Positions 45,531-54,088 of a DNA stretch of 62,696 bases are shown in pieces. The translations under genes were made by a program, and so were the position numbers. The notes below the pieces were generated by a model. The model saw only the letters and a program-made list of their open reading frames with translations, searched no databases and was not told the origin of the DNA. The first letter of the stretch is position 1, and the number at the start of each line of letters is the position of its first letter. The DNA lies in the NCBI GenBank assembly GCA_934153655.1, contig CAKPFH010000001.1, positions 1-62,696 of the forward strand. The letters run 5' to 3'. Origin of the DNA: an uncultured Bacilli bacterium (lineage in GTDB: Bacteria; Bacillota_I; Bacilli_A; RF39; UBA660).

Positions 45531-45623
45531 TAACAATGTATCAAATTATCTAGACATCTTAATTATAGCATACTTTTTAATTTATACCAAGTTTTTTTAA
45601 AACTTTTTTTAATTTAGACAAAA

Positions 45624-46490
45624 CTAGACATTTTTAAAATCTTTAAATTCTTTTTTTCTAATCATATCTATTTCTTCTTTATAAGGAGCAAATTCTCCTA
45701 CATAAGGAGTTTCTAAAATATGAGGAATATCAATTATTCTTTCATTATAAATAATATTAATTAAATTAGTGAAACCAATTGTTCCATAACCAATATTTTC
45801 ATGTCTATCTTTTCTAGAACCAATTATATTTTTACTATCATTTATATGAATACATTTTAAATAAGATAAACCAATTTCTTTATCAAATAAAGTTAAAATC
45901 TCATCAAAATTAGTTAAATCAAGACCACTATCATGCATATGACAAGTATCCATACAAATTCCTATTAATTCTTTTTTATTAATACCATTTATTATTTCTT
46001 TTAACTCTTTAAAATTACTTCCTACTTCAGTTCCTTTACCAGCCATAGTTTCAAGTAAAATTGTAACCGAATTATCATTTTCTAAAACTTTATTTAAAGC
46101 AAATATTATATTTTTAATACCAACATCTACTCCAAGACCAACATGACTTCCTGGATGTAATACTAAATATTTTATTTTTAAACTTTCACATCTTTTAACT
46201 TCTTCAATTAAAAACCTAATAGAAAAATCATATTTATCATCTTCTTTATTATTAGCAAGATTAATAATATAAGGAGCATGAACTATTATATTATTAATAT
46301 CAATATTATTTTCTTTCATTTTTAAAATTGCTTGATTTGTTAAATCATCATTTATTTCTACTCTTTTTGTATTTTGAGGAGCTCCTGTATAAAACATAAA
46401 TGTATTAGCTTTATATGACAAAGCCTCATCTAAACTACCAAGTAATTGTTTATCTTTATTAAAACCAACATGTGAACCTATTATTAACAT
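45624..46490 (-). CDS. nfo: Endonuclease IV (deoxyribonuclease IV)
   Basis: 288-aa TIM-barrel AP endonuclease pattern: IGSHVG, HAPYIINLA, LVLHPGSH, LETMAGKGTE, CMDTCHMHDSG, HINDS...GSRKDRHENIG. Confidence 0.93.
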   Translation of the reverse strand: MLIIGSHVGFNKDKQLLGSLDEALSYKANTFMFYTGAPQNTKRVEINDDLTNQAILKMKENNIDINNIIVHAPYIINLANNKEDDKYDFSIRFLIEEVKRCESLKIKYLVLHPGSHVGLGVDVGIKNIIFALNKVLENDNSVTILLETMAGKGTEVGSNFKELKEIINGINKKELIGICMDTCHMHDSGLDLTNFDEILTLFDKEIGLSYLKCIHINDSKNIIGSRKDRHENIGYGTIGFTNLINIIYNERIIDIPHILETPYVGEFAPYKEEIDMIRKKEFKDFKNV

Positions 46491-46546
46491 ATAAACCTCC
46501 TAAATAAGCTTCCTTAATAATTATAACAAATATTTAAATTAAGACA

Positions 46547-46573
46547 AAGAAAAAAGTTCAAAAAATTGAACTT
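46547..46573 (-). terminator. Intrinsic terminator now separated from the pilin gene by the IS element
   Basis: 7-bp stem aagttca/tgaactt with a 6-nt loop, then U6 on the minus strand. It lies just outside the left IS end. Confidence 0.5.
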
Positions 46574-46755
46574 TAATAACTATTTAGGCAAAGGTTCAAT
46601 AAAATCTAGTGTGAAGTAAAAATTGACAAAATCGTTGTCATATATGAAAAAAAACATGTTTTTTGGTACTAAAAATCATAACATGTTTTTTTTAGCCTTT
46701 TTATGGTATTTTTTGGACAATTAAAAAAACCTACTTGGAGTAAAAAATATATTTG

Positions 46756-47778
46756 TTATTTTTTAACTTTGGAGCGATTTTTATTTTTATTTGTGGCACT
46801 TATTTTACCATTAAATATATATAATATTCTTCCTCTAAATAATTCAAAACTTTTATACCCAAAAGCATTTCTTTTTATTACTTTTATTTTATTATTTATT
46901 CCTTCTGTATATCCGTTACTATATCTTTCATCTATAAATGAATTTAATATATATTCTTTCCACCTAGATATTGTTCCTGCTGCTTCTATAAACTCTGGTA
47001 TATTTTTCTCTATACATTTACTAATCCATCTAGTTATTTGCACATCAACATCCATTTGATTATAATGATGAACAATATCTAAAAATTCCTCTTTTAAATA
47101 ATACCCTTTCTTTAAATCATTTGATATTTTAAATATATCATCAAGTATATCTGATGGTAAAACATCTATCATGTGTCCATTTTTATATCTTTTTGTTATT
47201 ACAAACCAGTTTATATCATTACTATATTTTTTTAACAAGCTAACATTCTTTTTATTTTTTAATAATTTATATTCTTTACTTTTTTCTCCATATAAATTTT
47301 GTAATCTTATTCTTATATTATCTAGCGCATCCATTATATAAGTGATATAATGAAATCGGTCAACAACATACTTTGCTCTGGGGAACATTGTTTTGGTGAC
47401 CAATAAATATGGTTCGTACATATCTGATATTACGAACTCTACTGAATGTCTATTATCACAATATGTAAAATATTGCATTAGACATTCTTTTTTTCTATTT
47501 GGTAATACATCTAATACTTTTTTATGTATTGAATCATTTAATATAAAAGCATACTTTCCTTCTCTTGTATCTGCTTTAAATTCATCAAATGATATTACTT
47601 TTGGTAAATTAATTACATGTTTAGGCATTGATGAAATTATATTTAACATTTCATTTTCTACTGATGTTATTGAAACTCTATTTTTTTCTGCTATATATTT
47701 TAAAGATAAATTATAATTAAGCAATTCCTTTCTTATTTGTATTTTTACTTTATTTGATATACTACCTTTACTTGTCAA
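46756..47778 (-). pseudogene. ISL3 transposase, C-terminal DDE portion (frameshifted)
   Basis: SFDEFKADTREGKYAFILND..., VISDMYEPY, DRFHYI and ...SNGYTEGINNKIKVIKRNAFGYKSFELFR are ISL3 DDE signatures. The ORF begins only at a TTG directly after the N-terminal fragment. Confidence 0.8.
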
Positions 47779-48026
47779 TTATAACAATGATACCTCTTCT
47801 TATATATAATTAAATTTACATTTGTACCACAACTATCTAAATAATTACTCTTTATTGGTTTTAATCTATCATGCACAGAACTTGTAAATTTGTTACATAT
47901 TGGACACCTTACTTTTTGCTTTTTATTTTCTATATGTATCTCGATTAATCCTTTATTTTTCTGATTAAATTCTTTTATTTTTACCTCCTTGCTATTTAAT
48001 CCTATTAGTAAATAATAATCTTTCAT
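47775..48026 (-). pseudogene. ISL3 transposase, N-terminal zinc-finger portion
   Basis: VRCPICNKFTSSVHDRLKPIKSNYLD...KKRYHCYN is followed by TGA. Restoring one base after AAT-TG would join it in frame to the DDE ORF, giving about 423 aa in total. Confidence 0.8.
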
Positions 48027-48145
48027 TTATACCTCCTATCATCATTATTATTTACTTTATAATAACACAAAATAGAGATGACAAATTATCATCTCTATTT
48101 CACACTAAATTTTATTGCTTATTCAGTTCAACTTCACACTAAATT

Positions 48146-48631
48146 TTATTGAGTCTTAGCAAATACGTGAGCTGAATTTAAACTACCTTCAGCAACAGCA
48201 GTAGTTGTTCCTGATGCATTAGATATATAATGGTCTCCATTAGCATCTTTTAAATAAATTGCATATGTAAATGTTTGGCAATTATCAGATGCAGTAACTG
48301 TTACTTTAGAACCAGCTTTATCATAAGCAGTTCCCCATGGAGTTTTATCTGTATCAGCACCTTTAGTTTTAATATTACTTAATGCTATATCAAATGTTCC
48401 AGCACAAGTTGTTACATAAGTACCAGATCCACCTAACATTGCTTCAACCATATCTGCTTCTACTAAAGATTTAGCACCTTCAACGAATTGCTTAGCTGAA
48501 GCAACAAAAGCATTTTTTCTTGTTGAATCAAGTACGTTAGTAATAGCAACAGCAGCAATACCCATAACAATTGCAAGAACAACGATAACAGCAAGTAATT
48601 CAACTAAAGTAAAACCTTTTTTATTTTTCAT
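48146..48631 (-). CDS. Type IV pilin (major-pilin-like)
   Basis: MKNKKG|FTLVELLAVIVVLAIVMGIAAVAITNVL. The ATG at 48631 is preceded by GGAGGA. The gene is noticeably GC-richer than its neighbours. Its stop codon lies inside the IS terminal repeat. Confidence 0.85.
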   Translation of the reverse strand: MKNKKGFTLVELLAVIVVLAIVMGIAAVAITNVLDSTRKNAFVASAKQFVEGAKSLVEADMVEAMLGGSGTYVTTCAGTFDIALSNIKTKGADTDKTPWGTAYDKAGSKVTVTASDNCQTFTYAIYLKDANGDHYISNASGTTTAVAEGSLNSAHVFAKTQ

Positions 48632-48731
48632 TTTTCCTCCTATCATTTATAACTAAATCTTATCACAAGAAAAAATTATAGTCAAGTCATCTTTACTATT
48701 TTTTTAAAATATGCTATAATCAAAGTGTTTT

Positions 48732-49076
48732 GGGGCTGTCATGGTTTCGACGGGATTACTAGAACTTAAATTGCAAGGCGCACTTATGCGTTAAATAATC
48801 AGTTAAATATAACTGGAAACAATAATCAATTAGCATTTGCTTAGTTTATAAAAGCAAATATTCCTTAAAGATTTTATCTACGAATCTTTTCTGGAATTTA
48901 TTCTTGTAGATTATATTATTATTTTGTTTAGGAATAATAATGAATATTACTAAACTAGTTAGATTTATGCTTGTTAATTTGCTTAAAATCTAATGAATTT
49001 AATAAATTAACTAACCTTGTAGAAGTTTATTTATCTATAATTTCGGACAGGAGTTCGATTCTCCTCAGCTCCACCA
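48732..49076 (+). ncRNA. ssrA: tmRNA (SsrA)
   Basis: The 5' GGGGCUG pairs with the 3' CAGCUCC-A-CCA. It has a tRNA-like T-arm GGAGUUCGAUUCUCC. The tag reading frame is GGA AAC AAT AAT CAA TTA GCA TTT GCT TAG (48815-48844), giving (A)GNNNQLAFA. Confidence 0.93.
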
Positions 49077-49087
49077 AATAGCAAACT

Positions 49088-49112
49088 AACCCTTATTTTA
49101 TAAGGGTTTTAT
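49088..49112 (+). terminator. Intrinsic terminator after ssrA
   Basis: Stem aaccctta/taagggtt with a 5-nt loop, then a T-rich tail. Confidence 0.65.
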
Positions 49113-49233
49113 TATTATCTTAATTAATTAGGTACATTTTAGGTACATATTTTTAGAAACATAATAATCATACAAAATAATTATATTTTTTTGTAAATTA
49201 AAAGAACTCATAATAAGTCCCTTTAATCTTAGA

Positions 49234-49674
49234 CTAATGATTATATAACTTACCTTTCCAATCAAGATAAAATATATAAAATACACTATGTTTTATCATA
49301 CCAATTATTCTAGGATTGGCCGTACCATTAGGAATACCTGCTGGATATACTCTAAAAACATAATACTTTTCATTTGTTTCACTTGGAAAAATATCTCTGA
49401 ATTCTTTCGGTATATCTTTCCTTATTTCATTTAATGGAATTGTTTCAAACCATTTATTTTTATCACCTTTATAAGTAAACATCATTTCTTCAAATGGAGA
49501 TTTTGACAACCATAATAATCGTTCAAAAAATTTTATCTTATCTGCTTCATTAGAGCAATCATTTTCATATGAAATAAAAGAAAAACAAAACTTTAAATAT
49601 TTTTTGGGATTACAAAAAGTACACGGAATAATATTTTTAGCTGAATCTTTATTTATTAATTTTCTACTACTCAT
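49234..49674 (-). CDS. Hypothetical protein; candidate toxin partner of the Panacea-domain protein
   Basis: 146 aa with an 8-nt overlap with the upstream Panacea-domain gene. No family was recognised. Confidence 0.5.
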   Translation of the reverse strand: MSSRKLINKDSAKNIIPCTFCNPKKYLKFCFSFISYENDCSNEADKIKFFERLLWLSKSPFEEMMFTYKGDKNKWFETIPLNEIRKDIPKEFRDIFPSETNEKYYVFRVYPAGIPNGTANPRIIGMIKHSVFYIFYLDWKGKLYNH

Positions 49675-50182
49675 TCTCTACTCTTACAATCCTTCGAAAA
49701 TATTCCTTAATTAATTTTTTATCTATCTCTTTTTGCATACCTTTTGTATCTACCGTTATTTGCCATGGACCACCAACTACATGACTTTTTTCTCTTAATT
49801 GCCATGCGGTATAACCTGCATAGCTATCATATACTGAAACTAACAAATTATAAGTACTATTATTTTTATTTATTTCTTTTATTTTAGGAAAATTTTTTTC
49901 ATCAAATTCTATTTCCTTACGCCCATTAGAATTAAGTTTTTCATAAACCTCCTTTACAACAGGTCCATGTGGCCATGCATATATCTTTTCTTTAAATAAT
50001 GATTTATCATCTACAGCTAAACTTACTCCTTCAGCAAAATACAATAATTTTTGAATTTTTAAATGAGTTAAACCCTCATAAACATCATAATTATCATTAT
50101 CTACATACATCCCTTGTTGTACTTTATTGTACCATAAAAACCAATTTGCTATATCAATAGCATTATAATTTACACTTTTCAT
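49667..50182 (-). CDS. Panacea (DUF4065)/SocA-like antitoxin-type protein
   Basis: IDIANWFL..., LTHLKIQKLLYFAEGVSLA...IYAWPHGPVVKEVYEKL matches the DUF4065 pattern. The ATG at 50182 is preceded by GGGAGGA. Confidence 0.65.
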   Translation of the reverse strand: MKSVNYNAIDIANWFLWYNKVQQGMYVDNDNYDVYEGLTHLKIQKLLYFAEGVSLAVDDKSLFKEKIYAWPHGPVVKEVYEKLNSNGRKEIEFDEKNFPKIKEINKNNSTYNLLVSVYDSYAGYTAWQLREKSHVVGGPWQITVDTKGMQKEIDKKLIKEYFRRIVRVENE

Positions 50183-50373
50183 TCCAATATTCCTCCCTAT
50201 TCTCTCTATCATAATTATATGATAGCATGAATTAATTATATATTCTAGTACCTTTTTAAATATTTTGTCAACACCTCTAACTACATTTTTGTTTTAAAAA
50301 AAACTAATCCAACAAATTATTAATATTTTTTTACTTTCATATGATATAATTTAACCATAGTAAAGGAGTTTAT

Positions 50374-51216
50374 ATGAAAATAGAATTATTACAAGTTAGA
50401 AATATAGGAGAAGTTAAATTTGAAATAAAACATAATAATACTTTAAAATATCTTGCTAAATTACCTTATATATCAATAGAAGAACCTTTTAATTTAGAAA
50501 AACTAAGAAAAATAGAAATATATGATTTAAATAATAATTTAGTTTATAAAACTGATTATAAATATCTTGATAATTTAAAAGAAGAAATATTTCCTTTTAA
50601 ATATTTAATAACTGGTAGTCAAAAGTTTAATCAATTATTATTTACATCTTCAGAAAAAGAATTTAAAATTTATCATGAAACTAATGAATTATTTAAAAGT
50701 CGTTATGTTATAGAAATAGATAATAAAAGGTATTTTTGTTATTCTAAAGAAGATGGTTATATAAGACATTTTCCTTTATATGATGGAGAACTTCAAATTG
50801 GAGAAGCTTTAAAATGTAATGCTGTTATTAATAATAATGAGGAATATTGTTGCTATTTAAAAGAAGGATATGAAAATTTAAGTGATGGAATAACTGCTCT
50901 TCTTTTATATTTAGATAGAAATGAATATAATTCTTCTTATAATAATATGTATGCTAAAGTAACTAAGTCTTATTCTTTTAGTAAAAATGATAAATACTAT
51001 GATAAAGACTGGGTTAAAAATAACTTTGGTGATGAATTTTATCAAAAAGCTGAAAAAGATATTGCTTATGTAAAAGAGCAAATAAAACATCCCATTAAAG
51101 CATCTATTAATCAAATAAATGCTATGAATAACGATGATAAAAAAGCTATTTTAAATTTTATAATAATGATCTTTATTGGTTTTTTAATTATATTTTTACT
51201 AATAATGTTTATATAA
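50374..51216 (+). CDS. Hypothetical protein with a C-terminal TM anchor
   Basis: 280 aa with an AAGGAG RBS and a C-terminal helix ILNFIIMIFIGFLIIFLLIMFI. No family was recognised. Confidence 0.6.
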   Translation: MKIELLQVRNIGEVKFEIKHNNTLKYLAKLPYISIEEPFNLEKLRKIEIYDLNNNLVYKTDYKYLDNLKEEIFPFKYLITGSQKFNQLLFTSSEKEFKIYHETNELFKSRYVIEIDNKRYFCYSKEDGYIRHFPLYDGELQIGEALKCNAVINNNEEYCCYLKEGYENLSDGITALLLYLDRNEYNSSYNNMYAKVTKSYSFSKNDKYYDKDWVKNNFGDEFYQKAEKDIAYVKEQIKHPIKASINQINAMNNDDKKAILNFIIMIFIGFLIIFLLIMFI

Positions 51217-51279
51217 TAACTAACTTTTAGTTATTATTTTTTATAATATGATATACTATAAATATATTTTACTTATTTT

Positions 51280-51347
51280 GGAGGTGAAAGCATGAGAAAA
51301 ATAATTAAATAGTCTGGCATAGCTTTAAATATGCCAAGAGGAGGCAT
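51280..51347 (+). promoter_or_regulatory. Leader peptide (MRKIIK, 51292-51312) plus hairpin; candidate translational attenuator of the ABC-F gene
   Basis: A strong RBS (GGAGGTGA) precedes a 6-codon uORF. A 7-bp hairpin tggcata/tatgcca (51315-51321 and 51330-51336) starts 2 nt after the uORF stop and ends 1 nt before the GAGGAGG RBS of the main ORF. Confidence 0.45.
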
Positions 51348-52853
51348 ATGTTAGAAATAAATAATTTAAATATAAAAATCGATGACAGATATTTAGTAAA
51401 AAACTTATCCTTTACCTTAAATTATGGTGATAAACTTGCTATAATTGGCGAAGAAGGAAATGGTAAATCTACTCTTTTAAAAGCAATACTTGGTAATTGT
51501 GAATATGCAAATATTGAAGGTTCTATTAACTTACATAACAATAGAATTGGGTATTTAGAACAAGTAATAAATAATAAATATTTAGATTATAAAGTATTTG
51601 ATTACTTATTTACAAATTTAAATACTTATTATGACAACATAACAGATTTTTATAAATACTTAGATTTAATTAAATTAGATGATACTATTTTAGATAAGAA
51701 AATAAAAAACTTATCAGGTGGTGAGAAAGTTAAAATAAGTCTTATAAAACTTTTAATAATAAAATATGATATATTATTTTTAGATGAACCATCTAATGAT
51801 TTAGATTTAGAAACTCTTATTTTTTTAGAAGATTTTATCAATAATACTAATAAACCTATTATTTATATATCTCATGATGAAACTCTTTTAGCAAGAACAG
51901 CTAATATGATTTTACATTTAGAACAAACAATGAAAAAAACTGATTGTAGAACAACAATTCTAAAAGTAAATTATGATACTTATGTTAATTTAAGATTAAA
52001 AAGAATTGAAAAAGAAACAAGTGTTGCTAAAAATGAAAAAAGAGAATTTTTAAAAAAACAAGAAAAATTACAAAAAATCATGGATAAAGTTGCTTATAAA
52101 CAAAACACTGTATCAAGAAAAGATCCTTTTATTGCTAAAGGTTTAAAAGTTAAAATGCATGCTTTAAAAAGTCAAGAAAAGAAATTAAAAAATATGGAAT
52201 TAACTAAAATACCAGATGTTGAAGAAAATATTAATTTCTTCTTTGAAAATGTTTTTATTCCTAAAACTAAAACTATAATTGACTTAGAATTAAAAGAATT
52301 AAAAATTCAAGATAAAGTACTTGCTAGAAATATTAAATTAAATATAATTGGTCCTAAACATATTTGTATAATTGGTAAAAATGGCTGTGGTAAATCAACT
52401 TTAATTAAATTAGTTTATAATATTTTAAAAGATAAAAATGATTTAAAAGTTGGTTACATGCCCCAAAACTATGATGATATTTTAAATAATTTTAAAACTC
52501 CAATTGATTTTTTAGCAACTGATTATAGTAAAGATGAAATAACTAAAATAAGAATGTTTTTAGGTAATATGCATTTTGCTAAAGAAGAAATGACTGGTTC
52601 TATTAATAATTTAAGCATGGGTAGTAAAGCTAAATTATTTCTAATAAAATTAGTTCTTACTAACTGTAATGTACTCATATTAGATGAACCAACAAGAAAT
52701 CTAAGTCCTTTATCAAATCCTATTATAAGAAAAGTTTTAAAAGAATTTAAAGGTACAATTATAAGTGTATCTCATGATAGAAAATATATTACAAATGTCA
52801 TTGATGATTTATATATATTAACTGAAAATGGTTTAATTAAGGAAAATAACTAG
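51348..52853 (+). CDS. ABC-F family ATPase (two ABC domains, no TM); ribosomal-protection/ARE-like
   Basis: Two Walker A motifs (GEEGNGKST, GKNGCGKST), two signature motifs (LSGGEKVK, LSMGSKAK) and a K/E-rich interdomain linker. About 500 aa, as in Vga/Lsa/Msr-type proteins. Confidence 0.8.
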   Translation: MLEINNLNIKIDDRYLVKNLSFTLNYGDKLAIIGEEGNGKSTLLKAILGNCEYANIEGSINLHNNRIGYLEQVINNKYLDYKVFDYLFTNLNTYYDNITDFYKYLDLIKLDDTILDKKIKNLSGGEKVKISLIKLLIIKYDILFLDEPSNDLDLETLIFLEDFINNTNKPIIYISHDETLLARTANMILHLEQTMKKTDCRTTILKVNYDTYVNLRLKRIEKETSVAKNEKREFLKKQEKLQKIMDKVAYKQNTVSRKDPFIAKGLKVKMHALKSQEKKLKNMELTKIPDVEENINFFFENVFIPKTKTIIDLELKELKIQDKVLARNIKLNIIGPKHICIIGKNGCGKSTLIKLVYNILKDKNDLKVGYMPQNYDDILNNFKTPIDFLATDYSKDEITKIRMFLGNMHFAKEEMTGSINNLSMGSKAKLFLIKLVLTNCNVLILDEPTRNLSPLSNPIIRKVLKEFKGTIISVSHDRKYITNVIDDLYILTENGLIKENN

Positions 52854-52907
52854 TTTATTTTTCTTTTTTTAGATATAATAAGATTAGATTGTTAAAGGAG
52901 GAAAAAC

Positions 52908-53873
52908 ATGAAAAAAACTGCTAGTAAACTTTTTTATGAAATGGAAGAAAGAGAAAATAAAGAGATGTTAAAAGGATTAAATAATATCTATTTTGACAAA
53001 GTGATAAATCCTTATAAAAATAGTGAAAAAATAATTGATTTACATACTCATACAAGTTATTCAGGAGGATCTTTACAACCTGATGAATTAATAAACTTAG
53101 CTATAGAAAAAAGAATTAAAACACTTGCTATAACTGATATAAATACAATTGAAGGAATTAAAAATATAAACAGTGATGAATTAATTAAAGATAGTCAACT
53201 AGAAATAATTAATGGTATAGAATTACAAACAACTCTTAATAATAGAAAAGTAAACATTTTAGGTTATGGAATTGATTTAGATAATAAATTATTAAATGAA
53301 AAGATGAGTTATTTAAAAAATAATCGTTTATATTTAATTTTAGCAACCTTAGAACAAATGAAAAAAGATTATGAAATTAGTTTTAATTATGAAGATATAA
53401 AAGAAATAATTAATACAAATAGTTTAAATTACTTTAGTCTAGCTAAACTTTGTGTTAAATACAAATATGCAACTACAATTAAAGAGGCTTATAATAAATA
53501 TTTAAATGAAGCTTATAATAAAATAAAAGGATTAAATAAAGATTTATCATATCAAGAATGTATAGATTTAATAATAAATTGTAGTGGTATTCCAGTTCTA
53601 GCTAATCCAAAAGCATTAAATTTATCTGAAAAAGATTTTTTAATTCTTTTAAAAGAAATGATTAATTATAAATTAAAAGGTATTGAAGTATATCATTCAA
53701 ATTATACGGAAGATGAAAAAAATTACTACTTAGATATAGCAAATAAATTTGAATTATTAACAAGTGGTGGTAGTGATTACTATGGTAAAATTAATCCTGA
53801 TATTGAATTAGGAACTGGTAAAAATAATAATTTAAAAATTAAAAAATTATCAATTCTTGATAAATTACATTAA
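52908..53873 (+). CDS. PHP-domain phosphoesterase (TrpH/YciV-like)
   Basis: IDLHTHTSYSGGS metal-binding motif, ...GIEL..., GIEVYHS and GGSDYYG. Confidence 0.7.
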   Translation: MKKTASKLFYEMEERENKEMLKGLNNIYFDKVINPYKNSEKIIDLHTHTSYSGGSLQPDELINLAIEKRIKTLAITDINTIEGIKNINSDELIKDSQLEIINGIELQTTLNNRKVNILGYGIDLDNKLLNEKMSYLKNNRLYLILATLEQMKKDYEISFNYEDIKEIINTNSLNYFSLAKLCVKYKYATTIKEAYNKYLNEAYNKIKGLNKDLSYQECIDLIINCSGIPVLANPKALNLSEKDFLILLKEMINYKLKGIEVYHSNYTEDEKNYYLDIANKFELLTSGGSDYYGKINPDIELGTGKNNNLKIKKLSILDKLH

Positions 53874-53890
53874 GTTATATAGGAAAAAAT

Positions 53891-54079
53891 ATGAATGTAT
53901 CTAAAAATAAAAAGCAAAACACTTCTGAAATACCAAATAAAAGATTAATTAAAGCCTTAAAAGAGGCTGAAGCAATTGAAAATGGAAAAATTAAAACTAA
54001 AAAATACAAAAACTTTGAAGAAATTTTAATTAAGGAAAATAACAGTTTATTTTTCTTTTTTAATGTTATAATTATTTAG
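53891..54079 (+). CDS. Small hypothetical protein
   Basis: 62-aa ORF with a GGAAAAAA RBS-like sequence. IPNKRLIKALKEAEAIENGK vaguely resembles small antitoxin-like proteins. The evidence is weak. Confidence 0.3.
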   Translation: MNVSKNKKQNTSEIPNKRLIKALKEAEAIENGKIKTKKYKNFEEILIKENNSLFFFFNVIII

Positions 54080-54088
54080 GTGATTTAA

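Larger units (their letters stand above)
46598..48150 (-). mobile_element. ISL3-family insertion sequence (about 1.55 kb) with a frameshifted transposase
   Basis: The terminal inverted repeats aataaaatctagtgtgaagt (46598-46617) and acttcacactaaattttatt (48131-48150) match 19/20. They enclose two ORFs that together make an ISL3 transposase. No target-site duplication was found. Confidence 0.8.

Noticed and set aside
44503-47716. Plus-strand ORFs 44503-44730, 46703-47059 and 47393-47716.
   Set aside because: They lie antisense to the zinc-ribbon and sigma genes and to the ISL3 transposase, and have no independent support.
49077-50373. Prophage or integrative island at the 3' end of ssrA.
   Set aside because: There is no integrase and no direct repeat of the tmRNA 3' end. 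Only a two-gene TA-like unit is present, so it is reported as a TA candidate only.
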